From Camelus dromedarius (taxonomy: Eukaryota): 64,000 nucleotides of DNA. A model generated the notes under the pieces. The model made no database searches, was not told the origin of the DNA, and saw only the letters and a program-made list of their open reading frames with translations. Position numbers and translations under genes: made by a program. Below, piece after piece: positions 1-13,149 of this stretch (positions are counted from its first letter, which is position 1; every line of letters begins with the position of its first letter). The stretch covers positions 59,894,001 to 59,958,000 of the forward strand of contig NC_087436.1 of the NCBI RefSeq assembly GCF_036321535.1, given 5' to 3'.

Positions 1-39
1 TCAACAGGTACTTATTGAGCATGTACTCTGTTAGATATT

Positions 40-528
40 TGTGTTAGTTTTCTATGGCTGCTATTAACAAATTACCACAAACTTAGTGGCTTAAACTTAT
101 ACAAACATATTATTTTATAGTAGGTCTGAAGTCTGACATGGGTCTCCCTGGGTTAAAATCAAGATGTTGGCAGGGCTGTGTTCCTTTTTGGTGGCTATAG
201 GGGAGAAGCCCTCTCCTTGCCTTTCTCAGCTTCTTAAAGCCACCTGCATTCCTCAGTTCATGGCCTCCTTTCTATTTTCAAAGCTAGCAATGGAGGGGTG
301 AATCCTCTCCACATGGCTTCATTCTGGCACTGACTCTGCCTCCCCATTCCACTTTTAAGAACTCCTGTGTTTGCACTGAATCCAACCAGGCAACCGAGGG
401 CAATCTCCCCATCTCAAGATCCCTAACTTAATCACATCCACAAAGTCCCTTTCACCATGTATGGTAACAGCATCACAGGTTATGGGAATTAGGGTGTAGA
501 CATTCCTGGGGGCCCATTATGCCTATGA
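40..528 (-). mobile_element. MLT1D-like MaLR solo LTR
   Basis: tgtgttagttttctatggctgctattaacaaattaccacaaacttagtggcttaaac...aaaatcaagatgttggcagggctgtg...aatcacatccacaaagtccctt matches the reverse of the remembered MLT1D consensus; it appears to interrupt an L2 3' fragment (tcaacaggtacttattgagc at 1-35). Confidence 0.8.
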
Positions 529-1119
529 TAGCACTGTACTAGCAGTGTTGATAAGGTTCTTGAAAAGGTTTCAGGAAAGGTTCCTGACTCCACAAAACTT
601 ACAGGTAAACAAATTGTGAGGTTAATTTGTAGAAAACTGTTCACAATGTAAATGATTCTTGTCTAAAAGCAATGGAAGTTACTCCTGTCCATTATAATCT
701 AAATGAATGTTGTCAATTACAGATGTGATTAATTTCTGTCTGGTAGGAAAAATAATCCCAAACAGTATAGATTATTGCTCTATAAGATATTAAATAATTT
801 TGTACCTATTAGAAAATTTATTTCAGTATTCCCTGATTAACTATACAAATCTATTTCTTCAAATTCTCCTTTAAACCAATGTTAGCATCTTCTAATTATC
901 TCATCCATTAATTAGTTGAATAAAACCATTTTTTTGTTCATTTGTATTTATATGAAGGTCAAGTTTTTCAACTTTTTGAAAATTATACCTTAGCAAAGTG
1001 GAACAGAACTGTATTAAAAATCGTTCTTTGCCAATATTTTATCTTCTGGAAAGTTAAATTTAAGACGCATTGGAACATCTAAATGGACATCACTCTTAAT
1101 GAGTTTCTTTTTTCTTTTG

Positions 1120-1255
1120 AAAAATGAGGTAATAAAAGAAAATAATAAATCTCATGATATTTTTGTGAGATTTAAATGAGATAATGTATTTAGCATAGCA
1201 TCTGACACATAGTGGACCCTAAATACATGACAGTTATTTCATCATTAATACTAAT
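1120..1255 (+). mobile_element. MIR SINE fragment
   Basis: aaaatgaggtaata...ttgtgagatttaaatgagataatgta...tctgacacatagt, the MIR core and 3' part. Confidence 0.7.
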
Positions 1256-1927
1256 AATCAGAAGTTCAGTTAGAATTAGTCTGCTACAGGGATGTGTATA
1301 GATATAGAAATAGGCCAGATAAACCATGGCTTTGTCATTAACATTATTAGTCAAATACCTGTGTTACTTCAATGGCTATTTTTGACACATGTCTATGTTT
1401 TATTAGTCAGCACAAAATGGAAGAAAAGTCATTCACTAAAGGAACAATATATTGAAAATATATGATGATATGTATGTTTTTAAATTCAAGTAATACAGTT
1501 GCTTATGGTAACTCTTGATATAACATTAATTAATCAAGTTTAAAAGAATAAAAAAGCATTTTAGATTATGCTGACACAGTTGCTTTCATGTGAGCAATTA
1601 AAGAAACATGTTTTAAAAGTCTTTCTTGTCATTTTGGCTGTTTTGTTTTCTATATCAAGGCAGTCTGTATTTAATAATCAATTTGTAAATTAATCACGGT
1701 TCAATCACAATGTTATATGAGTTATTGATAGTTTTACTGTACTTTGAGGATTTTGTCTGAAAGAATCTGTTTATAATCTGTTTTACAGTTTATATTTTTA
1801 AAAAGCTTAAAATATATAGTTTTGAGCATAGTTCCACTTAACTAGATCATTTTTAGTTTTTATATTAAAATCTGTTATTAAATACCATGGATCATGGCAT
1901 ATTTCCTCGGTTGAATTTACAATAAAC

Positions 1928-2569
1928 ATATTTGCTTTCTATGGCTGCAAAACAAGTTACCACAAATTCAGTGCTTTAAAACAATGTCCATTTTTGTAGC
2001 TAACAGTTTCTTTGCTCAGAAATCTGCCATACAGTGGTTGGGTTCTGCACAGCATATCACAAAACTAATACTGAACTGTCCATGGGCTGGGTTCTCTTTT
2101 AGAGTTTCTGGGAAAAAAATTTACTCCCAAGCATTGACAAGCTCATTGTGTTGGGAGAGTTAAGTTCCTTGGGGTTGAAGTAACTGAATTCCTCATGTCC
2201 TTGCTGGCTCTCACAGGAAACTGGCTATTAAAGGTTTTCCTCATTCTCTGCCTTAAGGCCCCTCTTCAACTCACCAAAGGCATGTCAAATTTTTCTCATT
2301 CTCGGAATCTCTGAGTTCATCCTTCTCTCACCTCTAGACCCAAATTTAAAAGTCTCAAAAGATCAGATCAAACAAATCTGGATAATCGCCCTACTTTAGG
2401 GTCAGTGATTTGGGACATTAATTATATACGCAAAAACCCTTTTGGCCTTATCACTTAACCTAATCATGGGAGTAAAAGGCATTATATTTATTGTTTTAGC
2501 GGATTTCGTAGGACATATACACCAGCAGGTGGGAATCTTAAAGACTGTCTTATAATTCTGCATGCCACA
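1928..2569 (-). mobile_element. MLT1E-like MaLR LTR
   Basis: ttctatggctgcaaaacaagttaccacaaattcagtg...gggacattaattatatacgcaaaa...aattctgcatgccaca; MLT1-type termini. Confidence 0.65.
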
Positions 2570-4309
2570 GTGATATCTGGCTTAACTGGCATAATTATAC
2601 TCTTGATAGTTTTTTCTTTTAAATTGTATGTTTTATATTATTGGACACTAATGATGGGAAAAATATGTTCCAGTAAAAAGTAAATTGCTCCACATTCCTA
2701 AGAGAACATGAATTACATTTTATTCCTAAAACATTTTTATTTAACATTTATAAGACTCGCCTTTGATGACTGAACAAGGAAATTTGATTTTTCCTTGAAG
2801 ATTTTTATCCATGGTTGATTTTTTAACCTCTTGTATTTAGCTGAAATTAAAAACAGATGTGCTAGAAAATTGCATAAAAAGGCATTCTCATTTGAGAATT
2901 GTGATCTTTGAGACAGAGACAAGCTTGGCTGATAATCAATACTCAGGATATTCCTCTGTAAAAAATTACCTAAAAGTTCAGTCATCAGTAAGATATGGGT
3001 TAATTTTTTGCACACATAACAGAGTTTTTTGTTTTTTTTAAGATCTATGAAAAAGCACTTTTTGAACATATACAGAATTCACAGAAGTACACATCAGTCC
3101 AAATAACATATTTGCAAATCTAAAAAATGTAGAAGAAAGTAATACAATAAACTGAATCAAAAAATATTGAATGAATAGAGGTGTAGTAGAAAGAGCTAAT
3201 GAGAGTTACAGAAAAGGGAAATATGATCTACTAACCAAAATGGAAAGTAAATTCAGTCTAGAGAAAATAATGTATTTGAGAACTGAAAATGCTACTAATG
3301 CTAATTCTTCAGAAGATTACTGATTAGCATATCAAGCTAAGTAATTTCTCAACAGTTAAAAGTAGTGAATTTGTAATACTAGTCAACTTTTTCATAGACT
3401 ATGCAAAAAGTTGCAATTTTTTCAAACATGAGTTAACCAGATAACTGAGCCAATTTTCTACTTCACTCTTGAAGTCTAAAAGTGTGAACATTACCATCAA
3501 CATAATAATATCTGAAAGAGCTCCTTTAAATATGCATGTCTCCTACAGACTGCTGCCAAATTTGAATTACAGTTATTTGATCAGATTGTCCATAGCTAAG
3601 AGAACAGAAAGAGAGAAAATCCTGTCAGTGAACAATTTCACTGGACTTAGCTAACAGAAAAATTCTTTTCTAGAAGCTGGGTTCACTTGTACGTTGGTAT
3701 TAACCTAATGATAAATAATGGTCACTTGACATTACTTAGCATTTGATGTTTCATAAAGTGTTTTTACAATTATCTAATTGATTTTTATACCAATCATGTG
3801 GAGTAGTAGTTTTCTTCCCATGTAACACATATTTTACCAACTCTTGTGTCACCAACATTCCAGGTTCAGTAACTTCCTCCTTTTGCAATGTTTTCAAGGA
3901 ATCTCTGGGATCCCCATATATGGAGAAAAAAAGAAAAACTACTCAGCTTATGAAACTGGTCAGCCATTCTGCATCTGATAATATCCACCCTGTCAGATAC
4001 TGCCAAAGGACCACCATACACGTCAATCTCTGCCTCTTCTACCACGAAATTCCTCCCGAACACCAAGGTTTTGCATTAATAGGAAGCTTTTTTAATCTAA
4101 CTCTGTCTAGATTTACAAGGGGTTTTCCTGCAGAAGATCTATTCACTCCCATGCAAATGTACTTCTGGCAGGCCTGAGCTGCCCACTTGTCAGGCCAGGC
4201 AGACATGCCAAGGCACTTCTAAATTCCAGTATTAAACACAGTTTAGAGCCAAGCCAGGGCATGCCTTCCTCTACCCAAACAGAACTTCCTCACCTAAACG
4301 CAATTCAAT

Positions 4310-4445
4310 TTACAGATAAGGAAAGTGAAGCATAAAATGCTTTGGTCAAAGAGGAGGTAAATATTTTGATCAAGGTCACACAGAAAGCAGGAGGCTCACA
4401 GGGGACCCATATTTTCTGTTATCAAAACCTAAATTACTTCCACTG
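4310..4445 (-). mobile_element. MIR fragment
   Basis: tttacagataaggaaagtgaagc...tcaaggtcacacag. Confidence 0.55.
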
Positions 4446-4517
4446 AAGGAATTTCCCGCAAAATAATTCTTGACATGTTAGGTACTAATTATATATAACC
4501 ACACAATATATGTATTT

Positions 4518-4529
4518 CACACACATACA

Positions 4530-4562
<33 letters not shown>
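4518..4562. repeat. (CA)n microsatellite
   Basis: directly visible CA run with two TA interruptions. Confidence 0.95.
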
Positions 4563-5017
4563 TCTACATCTTTTTCCTTCTTAACATGGTGTGAAACTTT
4601 CATCAAATAGAACCTAGCCAAACAGATCTGAACCAGGTCCTCTCTCCTTACTGTCTCGTAGCAATTACCTCCCTCATCATTCTATTTTCATATTAATGCT
4701 CTTAACTAAATGAAGTGTTGAATTGGCCTTCTAAGTTTTTTTTTTTCCCTTGAATAAAAGTTACAATTTCTCTTTTACATGTGCTCATAACTGTTGAGCA
4801 AGATACATTGTTTTAAATCTTAGTTTCTTTTTAAAAATCAAACACATTTTCAAGTGAAAGAATATACTGGGACAGTATTCTCTAATAGGAGCTAAAATGT
4901 GTTACATGTAGTAATAGAAACTTAAATAGTTTGTAGCAAATATCTGTGCCTTTGCTGTTGACTATTTTTGATATAATTTGCAACATGAAGGGTTGCAAGT
5001 ATTTATTCAGGGGCCAC

Positions 5018-5375
5018 ATGAAGTAAAGTGTTAACTCAGCAGGTCTGTGTTGTTCAAACCTTGTATATTCCCAAAAAAGGCATGTCTTCAGGACTGGTCT
5101 CTGGCCAGCTCCTGGGAGATAAGTTCTGAGACTTAAGAATATTCTGCCTGATAAGAGTGTTTTTGTATGCCTGAGGCTTTGGGCTGCAGTCTGATCAGAT
5201 CTTTAAGCTAATGATGTGATTTACAGTGAATACTCCTTTCTTGCTCTAGGCGGGCGGGGCTGGGATCTAAATAGCTGAGGTCAGTCACACAGGTCCTGCA
5301 TACTTAAGTATCTGTTTTTTCTGCAATAAAAACTGTGGACACCAAGGTTTTGGTGAGCTTCTCTGGTTGACAACA
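5018..5375 (+). mobile_element. MER21/MER77-group LTR, partial
   Basis: gttaactcagcagg...ctcctgggagataag...aatattctgcctgataagagtgtttttgtatgcctgagg...aataaaaactgtggacaccaagg. Confidence 0.6.
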
Positions 5376-5384
5376 GTTCACACT

Positions 5385-5485
5385 TTACACAGGAGGAAAC
5401 CAAGGTACAAGAGGATTAAATAATTTTCCTGAGGTCACATAGCAAGCAGGAGAACCTGGAACTGACCTGAGCTAGTTCAGCTTCA
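5385..5485 (-). mobile_element. MIR fragment
   Basis: gaggaaaccaaggtacaagaggattaaataattttcctgaggtcacatagc. Confidence 0.6.
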
Positions 5486-5539
5486 GAAAGAATCTATTTA
5501 CTACACGGGTGATATCATTTACAATATTCAGCGGCACAA

Positions 5540-5541
<2 letters not shown>

Positions 5542-5585
<44 letters not shown>
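5542..5585. repeat. (GT)22 microsatellite
   Basis: perfect GT run. Confidence 0.95.
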
Positions 5586-5592
<7 letters not shown>

Positions 5593-7054
5593 CATTATAT
5601 TTTAAAATATTTTGTACTTTTATATATTTTGAAAAATAGCTTAACTCAGCCTTCCTTGCATTCCAATAAATGGGTACTCTAAGTGAGGAACAAATCAACC
5701 TGATTTTATTTGCTATATAAAAATGATTATTTTTTAAAAAACTGCTGTGACCTTTTTCTTCAGTTTTATTTTCCCTTACTATTAATATGCACTTTTGCTC
5801 TCGACTGGCAAAGGTAAGAAGTGAGAAAAGACCTCTTGTATAATGATTCGATTTACAGATATATATAAGACTTTACTATCTTTTTTTGAAAATCCTCCTT
5901 CCCTGTGAATGAAATTACCCTCCAGGCCCCCAAAAATGTGTTGATTAGCCAGATTACACAGAAAGTTCAATTATGGGATGAACTGAGTTGGAAAATGATT
6001 TACTCTAATATTCTCTCAATATTTGAGTTTTTAGAGATTTACAAAAAGGTTTTCCTATAATTTTTCATTTCTGAAAGCCAATAATTACCCCCAGGTGCTG
6101 GATATTGGTATTTTATACCATCTAGTAATTATATATTGCTTTTGAAAATAGCTATGGGACATGAGTGCAAGGAGGTATGGATAGTCTTTCTGGAAAATTA
6201 TATATGAGCAGATGGATACCACATGAAGTAGATCAATATGTTAATTGTCTAAATGGAAAAGCTTGTCATGCAATTTCAAGCTATTAATGAGATCACGAAT
6301 CTCAACTCTGAAATACAGAAGTAATTTTATGCTGTTGGTAACTAGGTTTTTGCCCTTGCCACTTTGTCATTTTGTAAAATAATTGCTCCCATAGGAAAAA
6401 AAATGTTAGATCAGAAAACATTTAGTAGAGTTGTTTCCTCCAAATTGCTCTAAAGGACTGTGTTCATTGCAAGAATATTAGAAGACCTGCTAGACCTGCA
6501 TTAAACAAGAGCTAACATAGCCCTTGAAAACATTATTTGACTATCTCAGTTTTATTATTAAAGCAAGATAATTTGAACAATGGTAAACTTGTAACTATGC
6601 ATGTGTAAAATTCAGTCTTCTCTGTGACCTAACATTGAAAATAAGTATTATCATTTTTTCTTTAGTTTTTATATTTTAAAGCTATAAATCACTTTAAGTA
6701 GTAAAAATGTTATTTATTTTAATTAAAAAAACTTTAGACAATTAGCTTTCCATTTAGCAAATGAACAGCCATAGATAACATAATATTGATAATTTTCACA
6801 AGTGCTCAAAGCATATAGATAACATTATGGCTTGCATTACCATATCACTAGTACCAATGTCTTAAATAAGATGAAATATTTGTAAAGCTTGAGTGTTATC
6901 TGCCTCGTCTACCTCCAGGGTTCCTGTGAATTAGACAGTTCATGGAAATCTAGATAATATATGTGGAATAAGAATTTAATAAATATTTTGTTAAAAATAA
7001 ATAACAATAGATTCCATTTGTTAATAGTCTGTGTCAGGAATTTTCTTAATTACT

Positions 7055-7544
7055 TGTGGTAGGAAGAACAATGGCCTCCCAAAGATGGTCATATGCTAGT
7101 ATCTGGGATTTGCAAATATGTTACATAGTAAAAAGGCATTAAAATTGCAGATGCAATTAAATTTGGTAATCAGCTGACCTTTAGATGGGAGATTATCCTA
7201 AATTATCCAGGTGGATCTAAAGTAATCATATGAGTTCTTAGATGTGGGAGAAGCAGCAAAAGATAGGGCCAGAATTAGGTAACATGAGAAGGGCTCCACC
7301 TGCCTCTTATTTGAAGATGGAAGAAAGGGGATGATGAGCCAAAGAACGCAGGAAGCCTCCAAATGCTAGAACAGGCAAGGGAGGGATTTTTCTCCAGAAC
7401 CCCTGGAAAAGAAAGCAGCCCAGGGAACACCTTGATTTCAGCTAAGTGAGACCCATGTTTGAATTCTGACCCGTAATAAATCTGTATTTTTTAAACCACT
7501 AAGTTTGTGGTAATTTATCATGAAAGCAATAGAAAACTAACACA
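7055..7544 (+). mobile_element. MLT1D-like MaLR solo LTR
   Basis: begins TGtggtaggaagaacaatggcctcccaaagatg and ends gcaatagaaaactaacaCA; contains gggagattatcctaaattatccaggtgg and an AATAAA signal. Confidence 0.8.
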
Positions 7545-8909
7545 ATAATTTCTATATAAATTCTTAATTCTTACAAGTCTTCAAAGTAATTTTTTTCTTT
7601 TAGTCACAAGTGGTAAGAGAGTATTTAGTTTCAGATATTACACAATTTGTAAAAAGTAACAAGTCTAAGCCACTTGGGCAAAATAATTTGGTTGAATCTC
7701 CTAAGTGAAAATAATGTCACTTCAAGATTCATTGGGAGAATTAGACTAATTGAGTATAAAGAGTTCAATCAAAGTAAAAGATACAGAGTAGGATTCAATA
7801 AATATAGGGTATTATCATTGTCTCAACAATTTACTCAAGTCCATCCTACAATATTTGAGTGGCATATTGATAAAGTATAATTTTTAAAAACTAGGCATTT
7901 CCTATTAAACAAGGCAGACTGACTAAATGCATTTATCACCTGTCTCTCCAAAACCCCCACTAAAATAATTGTATAGAGTAATCAAAAAGGTGTTAGCCTG
8001 AAAGGATAAAAAGAAAGAGAGGAAACAATAAAAGATACGGAATGGAAAATGAAAGCAAAAACAGGAGTGGAAAGTGACAGCACAATGGAGGAAGTTATAG
8101 AACCTAGACTTGCAGGAAAGGATTGCCACTAGGAAGAGAGCCAAATCACCCTATGTATTTTCAGGGAGGAGACTGGACAATTCTCTCCAGAAACATAATC
8201 ATTACATATCCTGCTAAACTATTCATTAAATGAAAAAGCAGAATGAAAAAAAAAAAATCTGAAAACAAAAGGATGAACGATGAGAAGGGAAATAGCAAGT
8301 AGAGAATTTGAGGAAAGAGAGTATTTGTAATATTCTCTAATGTAAAAGAGAAAAATGAGTAGATAAAAAGTCTTGTGTAGTATTGAAGGCACACTTGAAG
8401 TTCAGATCAGGTATTTATCATGATGATATAATTCTACATGTTAAGAGAATGGCTGGGAGATCACTGACTACTGATGGCTCAGTTGAATCACAGATGTAAC
8501 TGAGTAAGGGAGCAGGTCAGAAGTGAAAGGAATAAGCAGAAATCGATGAACCATAGAGCAGAGGATGGAGAAAAGGTAAAGGCAGGAGACAATAACAATT
8601 TGGGAGAAAATGGTGCAATCAAGGATCTGAAATTCTAGATGTAAAAATATCTCAAAAGACTATATTGAATATGCTCGTCTCTTCTCTGTATATTCCTGGA
8701 TGAGAAGGGAGAAAACCATTAAATATTACAAGTTTATGATATTAAGAGAGGGAAATGACAATATCATACTTTCATTTCTGTAGCTGTAGTTTGGGCAAAA
8801 TAATTTGGTTAATATTATATCCTAGAAAATACTAAAAATGTTGCTATGGTATGCTATTTTACTAAAAGATGTTTTACCAATGTTTTATTTATTTATTATA
8901 TTTAGGTGT

Positions 8910-9022
8910 TCATAATTCAAAAATATTTATTGAGGATTTTTATGCATCAGGCATTATGCTAAGTTCTAGCACATAGTAGGAAACAAAACAGATATTATTC
9001 CTGTCCTCAGAATGCTCCTAGA
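8910..9022 (-). mobile_element. L2 3' end
   Basis: attcaaaatatttattgaggattttatgcatcaggcattatgctaagttctag. Confidence 0.6.
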
Positions 9023-9367
9023 AATTTAGTAAAACAAAATGCATTTCTCTGGTTTATATGTCTTTATATTAAACAATGTTTATAGTTTATGACTTGAAAG
9101 TAAATTCAATTCATCTTCTGGCTTTAATTCTGTATATTCATTATAATATTTAAATTTATAGAAATAATATTTTATAAACTTTAAGTTTCTAACATTAAAT
9201 GTATTAAGAAGCCATCATAAACAAAGTAAGTAAGTACAGCATTCATTTTAGACAAATAAGAAACACTAATTTATTAAAATAAGTAAACAATTTGCTTAGG
9301 AATATATCAGTACTGATTCAAGGAGAGAACCATTGTATTCTATGAAACTTGGTTCAGGTAATATTTC

Positions 9368-9737
9368 ATTTTTGTTTGTTTGTTTTTATTCTTTTAGAGC
9401 AGTTTCAGGTTCACAACAGAATTGAGCAGAAAATACAGAGTTCACAATAGCCCTCCCCACCCACACATATATACTCCCCTAACCTCAATATCCCTCATCG
9501 GTGTGGCATATTTGGTACAATCAATGAACCAACATGGGCACATTATTATCAACCAAAGTCCATAGTTTACATTAGGGTTGACTCTTGATGTTGTATATTC
9601 TATGGGCTTTGACAAATGCATAATGACATATGGCCACCACTATAGTATCATACAGAATAATTTCATTGCCCTAAAAATCCCTTGTGCTCCATCTATTCAT
9701 TCCTCCCTCCCTCCCTCTCCCCAAGCCCCTGGAAACT
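9368..9737 (-). mobile_element. old L1 (L1MC/L1MD-type) 3' UTR end
   Basis: T-rich tail then ttttagagcagtttcaggttcacaacagaattgagcagaaaatacagagttc...aaagtccatagtttacattagggttgactcttg. Confidence 0.75.
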
Positions 9738-10230
9738 AAACCAAAAATACATATTCTTCATTCACTCCATTGTGTTAAATGGTGCCAGAAAAGAAGATAC
9801 TTATAAAGAATCTTTATAATGAGGTAATTTCCAAGAGATACATGAAGGAAATATGAAATAGAATCTGGTTTATGAACTATAAATTGATAAGGTCTAAAAC
9901 GTATTTTGGTGTTCAAAGATATGAAAGCAGGTGATTTGTCACTTGTTTACTATGGGTAAATTAATAATTGTTATCCAATATAAGTAATAGCAAAATAGAT
10001 ATTAAGGAAATAATTTTAACATTGCAAAATGCCTAATCTGATCAACAATTTTTATCAATGGTACATTGTCAGAGAAAGTTAAAAGGGTGGGGAAATTCAA
10101 CAGTATTTGTTTTTATGACATTAAGTACAATTGTAGTTTAAATATTATAATAACTGAACCTTGCATTTAAAGTAAATTTACCAATATCCTTTCCAACTTT
10201 AAAAATTATATATGTCTTATTTCTTTCAAG

Positions 10231-10412
10231 AATTTATATTTCTATCTTATTTTAATGTCCCTATTTTTTTTTTTTGCAATTAGTGGAGGCATATAATGAA
10301 AACTTTTAAAAAAACATATAATGAAAACTTTTAAAAATTTATATTTCTATCTTATTTTAATGTCCCTATTTTTTTTTTTTTTGCAATTAGTGGAGGCATA
10401 TAATGAAAACTT
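10231..10412. repeat. 75/77 bp tandem duplication with a 30 bp junction insert
   Basis: 10231-10305 and 10336-10412 are identical apart from a T12 versus T14 run. Confidence 0.9.
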
Positions 10413-11512
10413 ACAACATTAAAGTAATGCTTTGCCATACATTTTCCCTTTGATTTTTAATTCTTCCTAATATGTGGAGTATCCAGAATGTCTTTTTTTT
10501 TTTTTTTGGAGGGAGTGGTTATTAATCCAGTCTGATGAGTGACAACCAAATATGGAATATGTCATAGTCATAAATAATGCCAAATAGTAGCTTCAGAAAG
10601 AAACCAGTGGAGAATACACCACATATGAAACATAGTGTAACTTTAAATTCATCCTTATGGTCAATTCTGTTCCCATGTACGGTGGTCATTATCATTAGCA
10701 AATTTTCCAATCATGGAATAATAAAGTAAAAGTGAAGTCCTGTAACGTGTTGGAAAAGTGGGAAAATATTATTTATAAAGTCAGACATGTACTTATAACT
10801 GCCCTCCTGCTATTTGTGGTCACAGAACATTACTTGATGAACTTACTTTAATGGCTACACTATTGCAAATAGCAGAGCAACCCAGAGGAAGTCTAGACAT
10901 CTAAGGGAATCTTTGTAAGATTAGGATTTGGCAGTACATAAGCCCTACGGGAAAAAAATCAATTGCTCCTTCACATTCTATAATCTGGAACTATAGATTC
11001 AAAAATAAATTACTGTGCATAAGTTATGATTAATATCTACTGGAATAACATGCTTTAATCCCAACTTTATATGTTCAGCCAAGAGAGAGCTATTTGACTA
11101 TATGAGATTTTACACAGCCTTCAGCTAAATTAAAGATACAAACATTAAAGTTAACACTTGGGACATCATGAAGATTTGTGGTACTCTCCAGGGCATCACA
11201 GATCCATAAACCAATGAAAATATGCATGAATGAGCTATTATCCTTCTTGGACTGAGTCTTGGTAAGTATCTTTTAAATTAATAATTTCACAAGGCCACTA
11301 AGAGTTGTGTGGAATAGAAATTACCTGGCTGAGGTGAAGTAGGAGATAGAATGGATCAGAGGATAATGAGAAGTGTCCACTGTTTCTGGACAGATCTATG
11401 AAAGGGGAGTCATAGTGTATTCATTCCATCTTATCTTGTGAAGTACATTGCTGTGGGTTTTTGAAATTGACTTTCTGCTATTTTTATATCAATATTATAA
11501 ATGAAAAAAAAA

Positions 11513-11643
11513 GTTTTTATGAGGGGAAGGTAATCAGGTTTGTTTGTTTGTTTGTTTGTTTGTTTATGGAGGCACTGGGGATTGAACCTAAGACCTTATG
11601 CATACTAAGCATGCACTCTACCACTAAGCTATACCCTTTCCCC
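11513..11643 (-). mobile_element. tRNA-derived camelid-type SINE (Vic-1-like)
   Basis: minus strand GGGTATAGCTTAGTGGTAGAGTGCATGCTTAGTATGCATAAGGTCTTAGGTTCAATCCCCAGTGCCTCC with Pol III A and B boxes, (AAAC)n linker, CCTGATTACC tail; TSD tcaatat(t/g)ataaa at 11489-11501 and 11644-11656. Confidence 0.85.
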
Positions 11644-12689
11644 TCAATATGATAAACAAAACAAATACCTGATAAAATTGTAAATAAGAACAAATACTCA
11701 GTGAAAACAGATCAATATTGACTTAATTAACATATTATGATTAAATGAACAATTGACCAGTTCCTGTTTATATGTAAAGTCACCTGCCAGATGGTTTGAG
11801 GTGAGCCTCATTTCATTTATCCCAAAGATTTGTAAACAACCAGAAATAATTTTAAACAGCCAGAGACAAACCAAATTAACAACATTTTTACCCATTAAAT
11901 AAGCTATAGTAATAATCACCCTATAAAAAGAATATCAATCTTTTAATAAAGTAACTAGAAATTTAGAATAGTATTAATATTATTGTTCAAGATAAAGATG
12001 TTAAATAAGTTAAAATTGTATGAGAAAGGCATTTCAGATAATGAGAATGAATAGTAGAGAAATAATTTCCGATAAATCATACATTTAATGAAGAGTTTAA
12101 AATCCCTACAAAGTGCCACCAGGGGTCCATGAAGATGACGCTGATGTAGATCAAGGACATTATCTTTATAATGGGCAGTATAACATGGATGACAGTCCCT
12201 GTAAAACAAAGTGAAAATGCTAATAAATTGTGCAGCTAGTCCAGCAGGGTTCATCCCTGTCTGGACTGAGCAATTTGGAGCCAGTTGGTGAAGTTGTACA
12301 GTCCAGATTGAGTGTTATTAAGGCAATTCCAAGTTCTCTGTCTGAATAGTACTTCCAATACAATGACTTCAGTTCCAGAAATCTCTGATTTTTTTTTTTT
12401 TAACTACCCATGTCCTCAGTCTGATCTAGGGGGGTTAGAGCTTTCAGGGAGAGAATATTTGGATTCAGGGAACGCCCTCGGCTTCCTGGCTTCCCGAGAG
12501 AGGGTAGCATATCTCTTCCCCTTTGTGCTCCCCTCTTTCTATCCCCACATAAGATACAAATTATAGCCAGTGTCTTTTTGAGAATGGAGGTCAAGCCAAT
12601 CACCAAGGTTTGGATATTAAATCCAAAACCTTGTTATGCTAGGGTGTGTTATTACAGGCTTTTACCATAACAGTGAAAGAGAGTCTTGC

Positions 12690-12995
12690 TGGTAGAAAAC
12701 CCTCAGTTGTCATCCCTTTCCAGAATCAGCTAAGCAAAGATCACCAGAGGAGCCTGGTCCCATCACTGGTCTGTGTAAGTATATACAGACCAGAACTCCT
12801 CACGCAGTTTAGGTCCTCTTAGCTTCAGAGCTCCCCACAGGGACAGCTGAGGTCTCTGTTGAAACTACACTGCAGCTCAACTTCCCCCTCTGCTTAATGC
12901 TGCCTTTTTGCTCTCCATTCCATCGATGGTGATCCCCAAACACTCCCCAATTAAGATCCTATGTGCTATTCACTATCTTGAGACTTAGAGCCTAT
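12690..12995 (+). mobile_element. LTR16-like ERVL LTR remnant
   Basis: actacactgcagctcaacttccccctctgc...gatccccaaacactccccaattaa resembles the LTR16 3' half. Confidence 0.5.
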
Positions 12996-13149
12996 AAAAA
13001 TAGTGTTAAGGTAAGAAGTGACTGATAAAAGGGAGGCAGCTAACTTTGGACGGCATTCAGTTCAATTTCTTAACTTGACCTGCTCAGCTGCCTAGAAACA
13101 GAAATATAGAAATCAGGCAGTGGTGTTTACATAGGCTTGGGGTGCAGAA

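Noticed and set aside
3866..4177. Overlapping ORFs in a GC-richer patch as a coding exon
   Set aside because: No convincing splice-site pair and no recognisable peptide; could be an old repeat.
40..7544. Two MLT1D-like LTRs as the ends of a provirus
   Set aside because: They are in opposite orientation and no MaLR internal sequence lies between them; they are independent solo LTRs.
11560..11643. tRNA-Ala gene
   Set aside because: The tRNA-like head is followed by a SINE tail and flanked by a TSD, and three diverged copies occur in the window, so it is a SINE.
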